From the NCBI GenBank assembly GCA_045647905.1, contig JAZRMZ010000014.1, forward strand, positions 8,303-72,302: a DNA stretch of 64,000 bases, written 5' to 3'. This document shows, piece after piece, positions 43,709-53,345 of this stretch (positions are counted from its first letter, which is position 1; every line of letters begins with the position of its first letter). The notes beneath the pieces were generated by a model. That model had not been told where the DNA came from. It saw only the letters and a program-made list of their open reading frames with translations, and did not search any database. The stretch comes from Clostridia bacterium (GTDB lineage Bacteria; Bacillota; Clostridia; Monoglobales; Monoglobaceae). A program made the translations under genes and the position numbers.

Positions 43709-43741
43709 GGGGGTGTTGCTTGACGCAACACCCTCGTTTTT
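43709..43741 (+). terminator. Intrinsic terminator after the rnf operon
   Basis: GGGTGTTGC-TTGAC-GCAACACCC-TCGTTTTT. Confidence 0.8.
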
Positions 43742-43770
43742 GTTATCCGTGTGGAATACGGACTGTCGAA

Positions 43771-43977
43771 CTAATCCATTTTGTCTATAATCGGAGTTTC
43801 CTTGAAGAAGAAGGAAATCGACCATAAACCGGCAAGACCCACAACGGTGAAGATTATTCGACTCAGAACAGACAATTGTCCGCCAAAGAGTGACCCTACA
43901 ATATCTATACCGAAAAGCCCTATGCTTCCCCAGTTTACGGCTCCGACTATGACAAGAAATAAAGCAATGGCATTCAT
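43771..43977 (-). CDS. DUF378-family small membrane protein
   Basis: MNAIALFLVIVGAVNWGSIGLFGIDIVGSLFGG is a signature of DUF378. Start set to ATG 43977 inside the longer track ORF. Confidence 0.8.
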   Translation of the reverse strand: MNAIALFLVIVGAVNWGSIGLFGIDIVGSLFGGQLSVLSRIIFTVVGLAGLWSISFFFKETPIIDKMD

Positions 43978-44108
43978 GTCAATAATCGCTCCTTTTTTTG
44001 ATTTGTTCAATTCTATTTTGGCATTTTGAATAAAAAATATTCTGAATATTTGTTTCAAAAAAACCAAATAATATGCAAAAAGGAAAAATTTAAAAAGGGG
44101 TTTTTGTA

Positions 44109-44546
44109 TTGAAAAAATATGTTGCTGTGTTTTTTTGTATAGCTGTGATTGCTTTGGTTGGTTGCGGTAAAAATGAAGAACAGATTATTCAGGGTGATGC
44201 AAAGGGGAATGATGCGAAAAATGTTGATGCGGCAAAAACAATTTCGGAGCTGGAGTCGGTGCGGTCGGTTGCCGTTATGAGTGAGAGCGGAGTGGTTATT
44301 GCGGGACTGAAGCTGGAGGATGAGGTTTTTGAGCAGGAGGTTTGTTCGGGAACCCTTGAAATTCTCAGGGAAAAGTTCCCCGATGAGGATTGTTACATCG
44401 TGGGAGCAGACGAAAAATGGGCTGATGATGTGATTGAACTCTGCCTTTATACCGACAGCGGAATGGATAAGGATATTCTTGAAAAAAGATTTAATTATCT
44501 TGTCCGTGAAAAGATGAATCAGGACCAGATAGCGGCGGAAGAATAA
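44109..44546 (+). CDS. Putative lipoprotein (YhcN/YlaJ-like)
   Basis: Signal peptide with lipobox LVGC. The central SVAVMSESGVVIAGLKLED segment resembles sporulation lipoproteins. Weak family call. Confidence 0.5.
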   Translation: MKKYVAVFFCIAVIALVGCGKNEEQIIQGDAKGNDAKNVDAAKTISELESVRSVAVMSESGVVIAGLKLEDEVFEQEVCSGTLEILREKFPDEDCYIVGADEKWADDVIELCLYTDSGMDKDILEKRFNYLVREKMNQDQIAAEE

Positions 44547-44600
44547 GAGAAATATAACATTGAGTTGTGGTTGACAAATTGCGCCCTTTGTGATATTATT

Positions 44601-44616
44601 ATACTATATATTGTAT
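44601..44616. promoter_or_regulatory. NrdR-box-like palindrome upstream of nrdR
   Basis: ATACTATATATTGTAT fits the core of the published NrdR box (acaCwAtATaTwGtgt). It lies 15 nt upstream of the nrdR start. Confidence 0.45.
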
Positions 44617-44631
44617 ATGGAGTTGATTTGA

Positions 44632-45087
44632 ATGCGCTGTTTGTTTTGTGGACACATGGAAAGCAAGGTTATAGACTCTCGCTCAACGGAAGAAGGAACA
44701 ACAATCCGTCGTCGCAGGGAGTGTCTTGAATGTGGAAAGCGTTTTACCACTTATGAAAAAATTGAAACAATTCCCATGATTGTTGTGAAGAAGGACGGAC
44801 TGCGTGAAACCTGGGACAGAGATAAGGTTCTCAACGGTATTCTGCGTGCCTGTGAAAAGCGTCCCGTGACGCTGGCTGATATTGAAAAGCTCATTGACGA
44901 TATTGAGTCAAAGCTCTATAATATGCTTGAACGTGAAGTAACCTCTGAAAAAATTGGCGAAATGGTTATGGAACGACTTCAGGTGCTTGATGATATTGCT
45001 TATGTGCGTTTTGCTTCGGTTTACCGTCAGTTCAAGGATATAAATTCCTTTATGGATGAACTTGCCAAAATTATAAAAAAGGCTTGA
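44632..45087 (+). CDS. nrdR: Transcriptional repressor NrdR
   Basis: [15 protein letters not shown]...[12 protein letters not shown] zinc ribbon plus an ATP-cone. Confidence 0.95.
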   Translation: MRCLFCGHMESKVIDSRSTEEGTTIRRRRECLECGKRFTTYEKIETIPMIVVKKDGLRETWDRDKVLNGILRACEKRPVTLADIEKLIDDIESKLYNMLEREVTSEKIGEMVMERLQVLDDIAYVRFASVYRQFKDINSFMDELAKIIKKA

Positions 45088-45135
45088 CAAATAAAGGTTT
45101 TTGTGATATTATATAGTCAACGTAATATGGTGTTC

Positions 45136-45163
45136 AAAAGAGTGAGGCAAGCCTCACTCTTTT
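45136..45163 (+). terminator. Intrinsic terminator after nrdR
   Basis: AAAAGAGTGAGGC-AA-GCCTCACTCTTTT. Confidence 0.85.
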
Positions 45164-45285
45164 GCATTAAATTTAAAAAGCGCCTTTGGCGCTCGCCTGC
45201 GGCGGGCAGAAAAGGATACAGCTTTTTTCGTCTATGTGTGTTTCCGCCATCGGCGGAAAATTTCGCACGGACAATTTAATTTTTG

Positions 45286-45326
45286 TTTTTTATAATAGGA
45301 AATTCGCAAATTCCTATTATAAAAAA
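45286..45326 (+). promoter_or_regulatory. Perfect 16-bp AT-rich hairpin immediately upstream of the rimP RBS (possible rimP-leader element)
   Basis: TTTTTTATAATAGGAA-ATTCGCAAA-TTCCTATTATAAAAAA. Preceded by GC-rich hairpins at 45186-45198 and 45241-45257. Confidence 0.5.
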
Positions 45327-45346
45327 AGCAGAACAAGGAGGAAGCA

Positions 45347-45811
45347 ATGGCTTATTCAAAACTTGAAAAACTGGTGCTCGACGGCGCAACGCCCATTGCG
45401 GCAGAGGTTGGCTGTTATATTTATGATGTTGAATATGTCAAAGAGGGCGGCGCAAGATATTTGCGGATTTATGCTGACAAGAAAGAAGGCGGCATATCCC
45501 TTGATGAATGTGAAGTAATCAACCGTGCAATGTGCGAATTTATGGATGAAAAAGACCCAATCAAGGAGAACTATATTCTTGAAGTTTCGTCACCGGGTGT
45601 TGAACGAAAGCTCAGAACTCCCGAACATTTTGAACAGTATATGGGACGGACGGTTGATGTGGGGCTTTATAAAGCCATTGACGGCAGCAAAACCGTGACG
45701 GGTGAGTTGATGGGCTTTGCTGATGAAAAGGTTGTGATTGCTATGTCGGATAATGAGCTTGAACTGCCTTTGAGTGAAACAACTTTTGTAAAATTACATT
45801 TTGATTTTTAA
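45347..45811 (+). CDS. rimP: Ribosome maturation factor RimP
   Basis: YLRIYADK, LEVSSPGVERKL motif, and position upstream of nusA. Confidence 0.9.
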   Translation: MAYSKLEKLVLDGATPIAAEVGCYIYDVEYVKEGGARYLRIYADKKEGGISLDECEVINRAMCEFMDEKDPIKENYILEVSSPGVERKLRTPEHFEQYMGRTVDVGLYKAIDGSKTVTGELMGFADEKVVIAMSDNELELPLSETTFVKLHFDF

Positions 45812-45845
45812 TATAAAAACATAAAACAGGAGATGATTATTAAAA

Positions 45846-46877
45846 ATGAGCGCAGAATTATTTTTGTTATTGGATGAAATCGAAAAGGAAAAAGGAATAA
45901 GCCGTGATGTTGTTCTTGATGCACTCAGCGGCGCACTTCTCAGTGCGTACAGAAAGAATTTTGGTGCGGTTCAGGATGCAAAGGTGATTATTGACGAAGA
46001 AACCGGCGAAATCAAGGTTTATGCACGCAAAAACATTGTTGAAGAAGTTGAAGACAGAGAGTGCGAGATTTCTGTTGAGGATGCAAAGAAGATTGATGCA
46101 AGATATGAAGCGGGCGATGTTCTTGAAAAGGAAGTCACCCCTGCGGCATTCGGCAGAATTGCGGCACAAACAGCACGTCAGGTTGTTCTCCAGAGAATCA
46201 GAGAGGCTGAACGTGAAAAGGCATTTGACGAATTTTCGGACAGAGCAAACGATATTATGTCTGCAACGGTCAGAAAAATTGACAGAAGAAATGTTATGCT
46301 TGAAATCGGTGATACAGAATCGGTTCTTATGCCCAATGAGCAGGTGAAGAACGATAACTACAAACCCGGTGCAAAATACAAGGTGTTTGTTGTTGAAGTT
46401 GCAAACTCTGTTAAGGGTGTTCACCTTGTGGTTTCACGTTCACATCCCGGTCTTGTTCGCAGATTGTTTGAGCTTGAAGTTCCCGAAATCAAAAAGGGCA
46501 TAATTGAAATCAAGGGTCTCACCCGTGAACCCGGTTCAAGAAGCAAAATTGCCGTACATTCGGTTATGGAAAGCGTTGACCCCGTTGGAACCTGTATCGG
46601 CCCCAAGGGCATGAGAGTTCAGGCGGTTATTGACGAGTTGAGAGGCGAAAAGATTGATATTATAAAATACAGTGATGACCCCGCAGAATACATCACTCAG
46701 GCATTGAGCCCTGCCAAGGTTGTTTCAATCACTGTTGATGAAGAAAAGAAAATGTGCAGCGTTGTTGTACCTGCTGACCAGCTTTCTCTTGCAATCGGCA
46801 AGGAAGGTCAGAATGCAAGACTTGCGGCACGTCTCACGGGGTGGAAGATTGATCTGAAACCCGATGACGCTGAGTAA
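45846..46877 (+). CDS. nusA: Transcription termination/antitermination factor NusA
   Basis: N-terminal domain, S1, and two KH domains (GPKGMRVQAV, AIGKEGQNARLAARLTGWKIDL). Confidence 0.95.
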   Translation: MSAELFLLLDEIEKEKGISRDVVLDALSGALLSAYRKNFGAVQDAKVIIDEETGEIKVYARKNIVEEVEDRECEISVEDAKKIDARYEAGDVLEKEVTPAAFGRIAAQTARQVVLQRIREAEREKAFDEFSDRANDIMSATVRKIDRRNVMLEIGDTESVLMPNEQVKNDNYKPGAKYKVFVVEVANSVKGVHLVVSRSHPGLVRRLFELEVPEIKKGIIEIKGLTREPGSRSKIAVHSVMESVDPVGTCIGPKGMRVQAVIDELRGEKIDIIKYSDDPAEYITQALSPAKVVSITVDEEKKMCSVVVPADQLSLAIGKEGQNARLAARLTGWKIDLKPDDAE

Positions 46878-46937
46878 AATCCGGTTAAAAATTGCCCATC
46901 TCACCATTTAATTATCAAGAAAGGCGGTTAAGAACAA

Positions 46938-47192
46938 ATGAAGCTTCAGCGTATGTGTGCGGTTTGCAGAGAGTTGAAGGGAAAAGAACAGCTTTTGAGA
47001 ATTGCAAGGACACCCGATGGATTTGTTCTTGATTTTTGCGGCAAGGCGGAGGGCAGAGGTGCTTATATTTGCAAAAAGCCCGAATGTATCGGCAAGGCGC
47101 AAAAGGTCAGAGCCTTTGAACGGAGCTTTTCGGCTAAGGTTGATAAGAGCATTTATGATGCATTGGAGGCGTGGCTTGAAAATGGAGAATGA
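46938..47192 (+). CDS. ylxR: YlxR-family RNA-binding protein (DUF448)
   Basis: RMCAVCRE...GRGAYIC motifs, in the conserved nusA-ylxR-L7Ae-infB order. Confidence 0.9.
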   Translation: MKLQRMCAVCRELKGKEQLLRIARTPDGFVLDFCGKAEGRGAYICKKPECIGKAQKVRAFERSFSAKVDKSIYDALEAWLENGE

Positions 47193-47493
47193 GAAGTTTT
47201 TCAGAATGTTGGGCTTGGCTGCGAGAATGAGAGCAATTGCATTTGGTGAAGGTGCGGTTAAGGACAGCATAAAAAACAAAAAGGCTGAACTTGTTATTGT
47301 GGCATCGGATGCTTCCGACAACACAAAAAAGAAGTTTTTCAACAGCTGTGAGTTTTATGAAGTTGATATTATTGAACACGGCGACAAGCTGACCCTTGGA
47401 AAAATGACAGGGCGTGAGTTTGCGGTGGTTCTTGGGATTACAAATCAGGATATTGCGTCAGAACTGAAAAAATGTGCTGATTTGAAGGTATAA
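47182..47493 (+). CDS. L7Ae/YlxQ-family RNA-binding protein
   Basis: MENEKFFRMLGLAARMRAIAFGEGAV...ELVIVASDAS. Start at ATG 47182 inside the longer track ORF, overlapping ylxR by 11 nt. Confidence 0.85.
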   Translation: MENEKFFRMLGLAARMRAIAFGEGAVKDSIKNKKAELVIVASDASDNTKKKFFNSCEFYEVDIIEHGDKLTLGKMTGREFAVVLGITNQDIASELKKCADLKV

Positions 47494-47532
47494 TTGAGTC
47501 GATGGGATTCATCGGCGGAAGGGAGTAACAAT

Positions 47533-49833
47533 ATGACAAAGATAAAAGCATACGAACTTTCAAAGGGATTTGTTGGAATTCCTGGAAAAGAAATTGTTAA
47601 AATTCTGAGTGATTACGGAATTTCGGAAAAGAGTCACATGAGCGCTCTTGATGAAAGGGAACTGGATGTGATTTTTGAATACATCACACAAAAAAATCAG
47701 GTGGAGGATTTTTCGGCTCTTTTTGCTTCGGTACCCGAAGAAAAACCCGAAAAGAAAGAAAAAACTGCAAAAGCTGTTGAAGAAGCTGCTGCGCCCGAAG
47801 AAAAGAACGAGGAAAAACCAAGCGAAAAGATTGAATCTGAGGGCGGTTTTTCAAACGATGCACCTGCCAGAAAAACCCGTGTGGTTGACACACGTGCGAA
47901 CAACGTGGATCTTGACCGTCTGGACAATGAAAGACTTGAAGAACTTGTTCCTGAACACGTAAAGAGTCAGGGTGGCGGCAAGCAGAAAATCAAAACAGGT
48001 AACAAAAAGAGCAAGCTGGTTAAGGAAAAATCCGATGCCAAGGAGCTTGAAAAGGTTGTTAAAAAAGAGAAAAAGCAGGAGGCTCAGGTTGTTCTTGTGC
48101 CCGAAAATATTACGGTTGGAGAGCTTGCAGAGCGTCTTGAAAAATCATCAACCGAGGTTATCAAAAAGCTGATGATGCTTGGAATTATGGCATCTGTTAA
48201 CGAAAGTCTTGATTTTGATACTGCATCTTTGATTGTGGAAGATTTTGGTGCAAAGGTTGAAAAAGAAATAATTCTCACAGAAGAGGATAAACTGTTTAAT
48301 GATGTGGAAGATGACCCTGAATCACTTGTTCCACGTTCACCGGTTGTGGTTGTTATGGGTCACGTTGACCACGGTAAAACTTCGCTTCTTGACACAATCA
48401 GAAACACAAACGTGACAGAGGGCGAGTTTGGCGGAATTACGCAGCATATCGGTGCTTATCGTGTTCGTGTTAATGACAAGAAGATTACATTCCTTGATAC
48501 GCCCGGACATGAAGCCTTTACGGCAATGCGTGCCAGAGGTGCGCTTGTTACTGATATTGCAATCCTTGTTGTTGCGGCTGATGACGGTATTATGCCTCAG
48601 ACAATCGAAGCCATTAACCATGCAAAAGCGGCAAATGTTTCGATTATTGTTGCAATAAACAAGATTGATAAGGAAGGTGCAAACCCCGACAGAGTTCGTC
48701 AGGAGCTGACCGAACACGGACTTGTTCCTGAAGCATGGGGTGGCGATACCATTTGTGTTGAGGTTTCGGCAAAGCAGAAGATTAACATTGACGGACTTCT
48801 TGATATGGTTCTTCTTGTTGCTGAAATGAAGGAACTGAAGGCAAATCCCAACCGTCTCGCAAAAGGAACGGTTATTGAAGCTCAGCTTGATAAGGGCAGA
48901 GGCCCTGTTGCATCACTTCTTGTTCAGAACGGTACAATGAAGGTGGGCGATATTGTTGTTGCCGGAACTGCTGTGGGCAGAGTTCGTGCAATGAATGACG
49001 ATAAGGGTAAGGCTATTAAAAAAGCAGGCCCTTCAATTCCTGTTGAGATTCTTGGTCTTTCGGAAGTTCCCGAAGGCGGCGACGTGTTCTATGTTGTTGA
49101 GGATGAAAGAAAGGCAAGAGAAGTTGTTGAAGCAAGAAAGTTCAAGGCAAAGCAGGAAGCTCAGAATGCCGGTCAGACGGTTTCGCTCGAAAACCTCTTT
49201 GAACACATTGAAGCCGGCAAGATGAAGGATTTGAATATCATTGTGAAAGCCGATGTTCAGGGTTCAGTTGAGGCTGTTCGCCAGTCTCTTGAAAGAATCA
49301 CCAATGAGGAAGTTCGTGTTAATGTTATTCACGGAGCGGTTGGTGCTGTTAATGAATCCGATGTTATGCTTGCAAGTGCTTCAAATGCGATTATTGTTGG
49401 ATTCAATGTTCGTCCCACTCCCGGTGCAACCGTTGCTGCTGCAGCCTCGGAGGTTGATATTCGTCTTTACCGTGTTATTTATGACGCAATTGAGGATATT
49501 GAAGCTGCTATGAAGGGTATGCTTGCGCCCAAGTTCCGTGAAGCAATTACAGGTCATGTTGAAATCAGAACAACATTCAAGGTTTCGGGTGTTGGTACAA
49601 TCGGTGGTGCTTATGTTACCGACGGTAAGGTTCAGCGCAACAGCCTTGTGAGAATTGTGCGTGACGGTATAGTTATTCACGAAGGTGAGCTGGCATCACT
49701 GAAGCGTTTCAAGGATGACGTGAAGGAAGTTAACAGTGGTTATGAATGTGGTATCAGTATTGAAAAGTTCAATGACATAAAGGAAGGCGACGTTGTTGAA
49801 GTTTATGTTATGGAGCAGATTCAACCACAGTAA
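47533..49833 (+). CDS. infB: Translation initiation factor IF-2
   Basis: [18 protein letters not shown]1, DTPGHEAF G3, and NKID G4 motifs. Low-complexity Lys/Glu N-terminal region. Start at ATG 47533 after GGAAGGGAG. Confidence 0.95.
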   Translation: MTKIKAYELSKGFVGIPGKEIVKILSDYGISEKSHMSALDERELDVIFEYITQKNQVEDFSALFASVPEEKPEKKEKTAKAVEEAAAPEEKNEEKPSEKIESEGGFSNDAPARKTRVVDTRANNVDLDRLDNERLEELVPEHVKSQGGGKQKIKTGNKKSKLVKEKSDAKELEKVVKKEKKQEAQVVLVPENITVGELAERLEKSSTEVIKKLMMLGIMASVNESLDFDTASLIVEDFGAKVEKEIILTEEDKLFNDVEDDPESLVPRSPVVVVMGHVDHGKTSLLDTIRNTNVTEGEFGGITQHIGAYRVRVNDKKITFLDTPGHEAFTAMRARGALVTDIAILVVAADDGIMPQTIEAINHAKAANVSIIVAINKIDKEGANPDRVRQELTEHGLVPEAWGGDTICVEVSAKQKINIDGLLDMVLLVAEMKELKANPNRLAKGTVIEAQLDKGRGPVASLLVQNGTMKVGDIVVAGTAVGRVRAMNDDKGKAIKKAGPSIPVEILGLSEVPEGGDVFYVVEDERKAREVVEARKFKAKQEAQNAGQTVSLENLFEHIEAGKMKDLNIIVKADVQGSVEAVRQSLERITNEEVRVNVIHGAVGAVNESDVMLASASNAIIVGFNVRPTPGATVAAAASEVDIRLYRVIYDAIEDIEAAMKGMLAPKFREAITGHVEIRTTFKVSGVGTIGGAYVTDGKVQRNSLVRIVRDGIVIHEGELASLKRFKDDVKEVNSGYECGISIEKFNDIKEGDVVEVYVMEQIQPQ

Positions 49834-49962
49834 GGCATCAGAGTGAATAGTGAATAGCTAAGAGTGAAGAGGTGAGGTACAAAAGCTGTGCTTTTGTGTG
49901 ATATATTGAAAACCCATTCCTTATTCACTATTACTTATTACTTTAAAAAACGGGAGGTTTTT

Positions 49963-50304
49963 ATGCCTGCATATAACAGAATAGACAGAATTTCGGAAGA
50001 AGTTAAGCGTGAACTCAGTATGATAATACGTGAGCTGAAAGACCCAAGACTTTCAAAGGCTGTGGTTTCGGTTGTTAATGTCAATGTTACAAAGGATTTG
50101 AAGTTTGCCAAGGCGTTTATCAGCGTGCTTGGCAAGGAAGATGAACAGAAGGGTGCCATGGATGCGCTGAAGAGTGCATCGGGCTTTATTCGCAAGGAGG
50201 TTGGACATAGAATCAACCTCAGAAATACACCCGAATTCACCTTTGTGCTTGATAATTCAATTGAATACGGAGCACACATAAATGAAGTGCTGAAAAACCT
50301 TTGA
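49963..50304 (+). CDS. rbfA: Ribosome-binding factor A
   Basis: RISEEVKRELSMIIRELKDPR and VNVTKDLKFAKAFIS motifs. ATG 49963 follows GGGAGG. Confidence 0.9.
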   Translation: MPAYNRIDRISEEVKRELSMIIRELKDPRLSKAVVSVVNVNVTKDLKFAKAFISVLGKEDEQKGAMDALKSASGFIRKEVGHRINLRNTPEFTFVLDNSIEYGAHINEVLKNL

Positions 50305-50319
50305 TGATGGGAATGTTGA

Positions 50320-50350
50320 TTTGTCCGGCACTTTTATGTGCCGGACAATT
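50320..50350 (+). terminator. Hairpin terminator after rbfA
   Basis: TTGTCCGGCAC-TTTTAT-GTGCCGGACAA-TTT (short U tract). Confidence 0.6.
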
Positions 50351-50407
50351 TGAGGTTCTGAAACAAATGTCGGGGTTGGTTATCTTGTTGAAAGACCCTT
50401 CGACTGT

Positions 50408-50459
50408 GCTCAGGGTGACGTCTCCTCAGGACCATTCTGAGCAATCAGCGAAGATGCTT
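50408..50459. repeat. Degenerate REP-like pair
   Basis: GCTCAGGGTGAC ... ACCATTCTGAGCAATCAGCGAAGATGCTT. Confidence 0.6.
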
Positions 50460-50531
50460 TGTTACCCCCGGATGTTTGTTGCGGAATCCGTTTTTTTAAT
50501 AACTTGATTGCAATGAAAGGATTGTTTTTTT

Positions 50532-51476
50532 ATGTTTGATAAGGTTGCTGAAAAAATAAGAAAAGCACAGAAAATTGCAATATTCAATCATGAAAATCCC
50601 GACGGCGATGCCTTGGGAAGTGCTTACGGACTGAAGCTGATTTTGCTTGCCATGGGAAAAGAGGCAGAAGTTTTTCTTCGTGAAGGAGACCACCGGACGA
50701 GGGAATATAAGCTCATCAAAGGGACGGAAAGTCATGACCTTGAAATTGGGGATTGTGATTTGAAAATAGCTGTTGACTGTGCCGATATTAAAAGGTTGGG
50801 AAGTTTTAAGGACTCCTTTGAAGGTAACACGGCGGCAATTGACCACCATATGACCCATATTGAATATGCTGACGCAACCTGTTTGGTTGATGCACCTGCA
50901 ACGGGAGAGATTATATATTATTTTCTGGAAGTTCTGGGTGTTGAACTGACACAGGATATTGCAAATAATCTTTATGTTGCCATTGCTTGCGATACAGGAA
51001 GTTTCAAGTATTCATCCACAACTCCCAAAACACATTTTGTTGCGGCAAAATTGCTTGAAACAGGGATTGATGTTGGTGATTTGTCAAAGCAGATTTTTGA
51101 TACCAAGAGCTTTGGATATTTCAAGGCTTACAAGCGGGGAATTGATAACCTGAATCTTTTTGAAAAGGGCAGAATTGCTCTTCTTGCCATAACAAACCGG
51201 GATTTTGAGGAGTTGGGCGTTGATGAAACGTTAATTGACGGAATTGTTGAATTGCCGAGGTCGGTTGAGGGCGCAGAAGTGGGCGTTTATATCCGACAGA
51301 AGGAAGACGGAGCCTTCAAGGTCAGCCTGCGTTCAAACGGCGATGTTGATGTGGCAAAGACGGCTGTTGCGTTTGGTGGCGGTGGCCATATTAAGGCAAG
51401 TGGATATTTGAGCAGAAAGCCTCTTGATGTTGTGACAGAGGAACTGGTTGCGGAAATAAAAAAACAGTTGAAATAA
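50532..51476 (+). CDS. nrnA: DHH/DHHA1-family phosphoesterase (NrnA-like oligoribonuclease / pAp phosphatase)
   Basis: HENPDGDALGS (DHH motif I-II), DTGSFKYSS, and GGGH near the C-terminus. Confidence 0.8.
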   Translation: MFDKVAEKIRKAQKIAIFNHENPDGDALGSAYGLKLILLAMGKEAEVFLREGDHRTREYKLIKGTESHDLEIGDCDLKIAVDCADIKRLGSFKDSFEGNTAAIDHHMTHIEYADATCLVDAPATGEIIYYFLEVLGVELTQDIANNLYVAIACDTGSFKYSSTTPKTHFVAAKLLETGIDVGDLSKQIFDTKSFGYFKAYKRGIDNLNLFEKGRIALLAITNRDFEELGVDETLIDGIVELPRSVEGAEVGVYIRQKEDGAFKVSLRSNGDVDVAKTAVAFGGGGHIKASGYLSRKPLDVVTEELVAEIKKQLK

Positions 51477-51484
51477 AATAAGGA

Positions 51485-52384
51485 ATGGTTAAAGTTGCTA
51501 TGACGGACGGAATAGTTAATGTGAACAAACCTTTGGGAATAACATCTCATGACGTTGTTTACAGATTGAGACGCATTCTCAATATAAAAAAAATCGGACA
51601 TACGGGAACCCTTGACCCCGATGCGTCGGGTGTTTTGCCCATGTGTGTGGGTAAGGGCACAAAAATGGCGGAATATCTCACGGCGGCAAATAAGCAGTAT
51701 TTGGCAAAACTTCAGCTTGGTGCTTTTACGGACACGCAGGATGCTTCGGGAGAAGTTCTTGAGTCCTTTGAAGTTGACGTAACAGAAGAACGGGTGCGTG
51801 AAGCCGTTATGGGCTTTGTTGGTGAGATTACGCAGATTCCGCCTATGTACTCTGCCATAAAAATTGACGGAAAAAAACTGTATGAGCTTGCCCGTGAAGG
51901 CAAGACCGTTGAACGTGAGCCAAGGCTCATTACCATTCACGGTATTGAAATCAAAAACATTGATTTGACAACCAACACCGTGGATATGCTTGTTGATTGT
52001 TCAAAGGGTACTTATATCAGAACTCTTTGTAATGATATTGGGGCGGCTCTTGGCTGCGGCGGACATATGGCGGCACTGCACAGGACAAAAAGCGGAAGGT
52101 ACTCAATTGAAGATTCCTTTACTCTTGAAGAAATAGAAAAAATGGCATCAGAGGGCAATTTTGAGTTTTTGACACCTGTGGGCGAAGCTCTTCCTGAATA
52201 TAAGAAGATTGTTCTTGCCGAGAGAAATGCCTATCGGGTGCGTAACGGGATGAAAGTAAAGGTTGCAGGGCTCAGTGACGGTGAAACATACCGTGTTTTT
52301 GATGAAAAAAATGAGTTTCTTGCCCTTGCACGACAGGAAGAAGGGAACTTTGTTATTATAAAGAGTTTTTACGGCGGAGCATAA
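51485..52384 (+). CDS. truB: tRNA pseudouridine(55) synthase
   Basis: GHTGTLDPDASGVLP catalytic Asp motif, and YSAIKIDGKKLYELAR. Confidence 0.95.
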   Translation: MVKVAMTDGIVNVNKPLGITSHDVVYRLRRILNIKKIGHTGTLDPDASGVLPMCVGKGTKMAEYLTAANKQYLAKLQLGAFTDTQDASGEVLESFEVDVTEERVREAVMGFVGEITQIPPMYSAIKIDGKKLYELAREGKTVEREPRLITIHGIEIKNIDLTTNTVDMLVDCSKGTYIRTLCNDIGAALGCGGHMAALHRTKSGRYSIEDSFTLEEIEKMASEGNFEFLTPVGEALPEYKKIVLAERNAYRVRNGMKVKVAGLSDGETYRVFDEKNEFLALARQEEGNFVIIKSFYGGA

Positions 52385-52409
52385 TTTTCGATTTTGGGCT
52401 GAAAGGCTT

Positions 52410-53309
52410 GTGAGGAATGATATGACGGTTACAAACAGCAATGACCTTAAACTTTATATTGACGGAAAAAAGACCGCAGTTGCGCTGGGGTCTTTTGATG
52501 CTATGCACAAGGGGCATACAGAGGTTATTGGTGATGCGGTGAAATTTGCAAAACAAAATAATATTCCGGCGGTTGTTCAGCTTGTGGAAATTCCGTGCAG
52601 CGTCAAGGTCAACACTCTTGAAAGGAGATTACAGATTCTTGAAAAGCTGGGTGCGGATGTTGTTGTCATTGAAGAATTTTCAGAAGAATTCAAGGCTGTT
52701 GGATACCGGGACTTTGTTTCGGAATTTCTTGCGGAGCGGTATAATGCTGCTGCTGTGTTTTCGGGAGATAATTACCGGTTTGGGCATAATGCGGAGGGCG
52801 ATACACAAAAACTTGAAGAAGAGTGCAGGAAATACGGAATCAGAGTTTTTGTGAAGAATTGCATAAAACTTGACAAGGTGGTATCCAGCACCGAAATTCG
52901 GGGCTTGGTTCAGAATGGAAAGATGGAAAAGGTTGCTGAATATATGGGCAGACCTTTTTCGGTGAGCGGAGAGGTTGTTCACGGCAGGGAAATCGGCAGA
53001 ACAATCGGGTTTCCCACGGCGAACATAAATATGCCTGAAGGGATTGTTGTGCCACGTGACGGAGTTTATCTTTCAAAGGTTCTTTTTGACGGTATGGTTT
53101 TTTACGGTATCACAAACATAGGAGCAAAACCCACAGTTGACATTGAAGAAAAAAATATTGAAACATATATCAAGGACTACAAAGGCGATCTTTACGGAAA
53201 AAACATTGAAGTTCAGTTTTTGAAGCGTATTCGTGACATTCAACGTTTTGAAAGTCTTGAGGAACTGAAAGAACAGTTGGAAAAGGATAAAAAATCGGCA
53301 GATAATTGA
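52410..53309 (+). CDS. ribF: Bifunctional riboflavin kinase / FMN adenylyltransferase
   Basis: GSFDAMHKGH, GDNYRFG, and GFPTANI kinase motif. Confidence 0.95.
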   Translation: MRNDMTVTNSNDLKLYIDGKKTAVALGSFDAMHKGHTEVIGDAVKFAKQNNIPAVVQLVEIPCSVKVNTLERRLQILEKLGADVVVIEEFSEEFKAVGYRDFVSEFLAERYNAAAVFSGDNYRFGHNAEGDTQKLEEECRKYGIRVFVKNCIKLDKVVSSTEIRGLVQNGKMEKVAEYMGRPFSVSGEVVHGREIGRTIGFPTANINMPEGIVVPRDGVYLSKVLFDGMVFYGITNIGAKPTVDIEEKNIETYIKDYKGDLYGKNIEVQFLKRIRDIQRFESLEELKEQLEKDKKSADN

Positions 53310-53345
53310 GATGGTTGTGGTGTATATGGGACAAGGGGTGAAAAA

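Noticed and set aside
45186-45518. 110-aa ORF overlapping the rimP leader and rimP start.
   Set aside because: It begins in GC-rich hairpins, is out of frame with the clearly supported rimP, and has no RBS.
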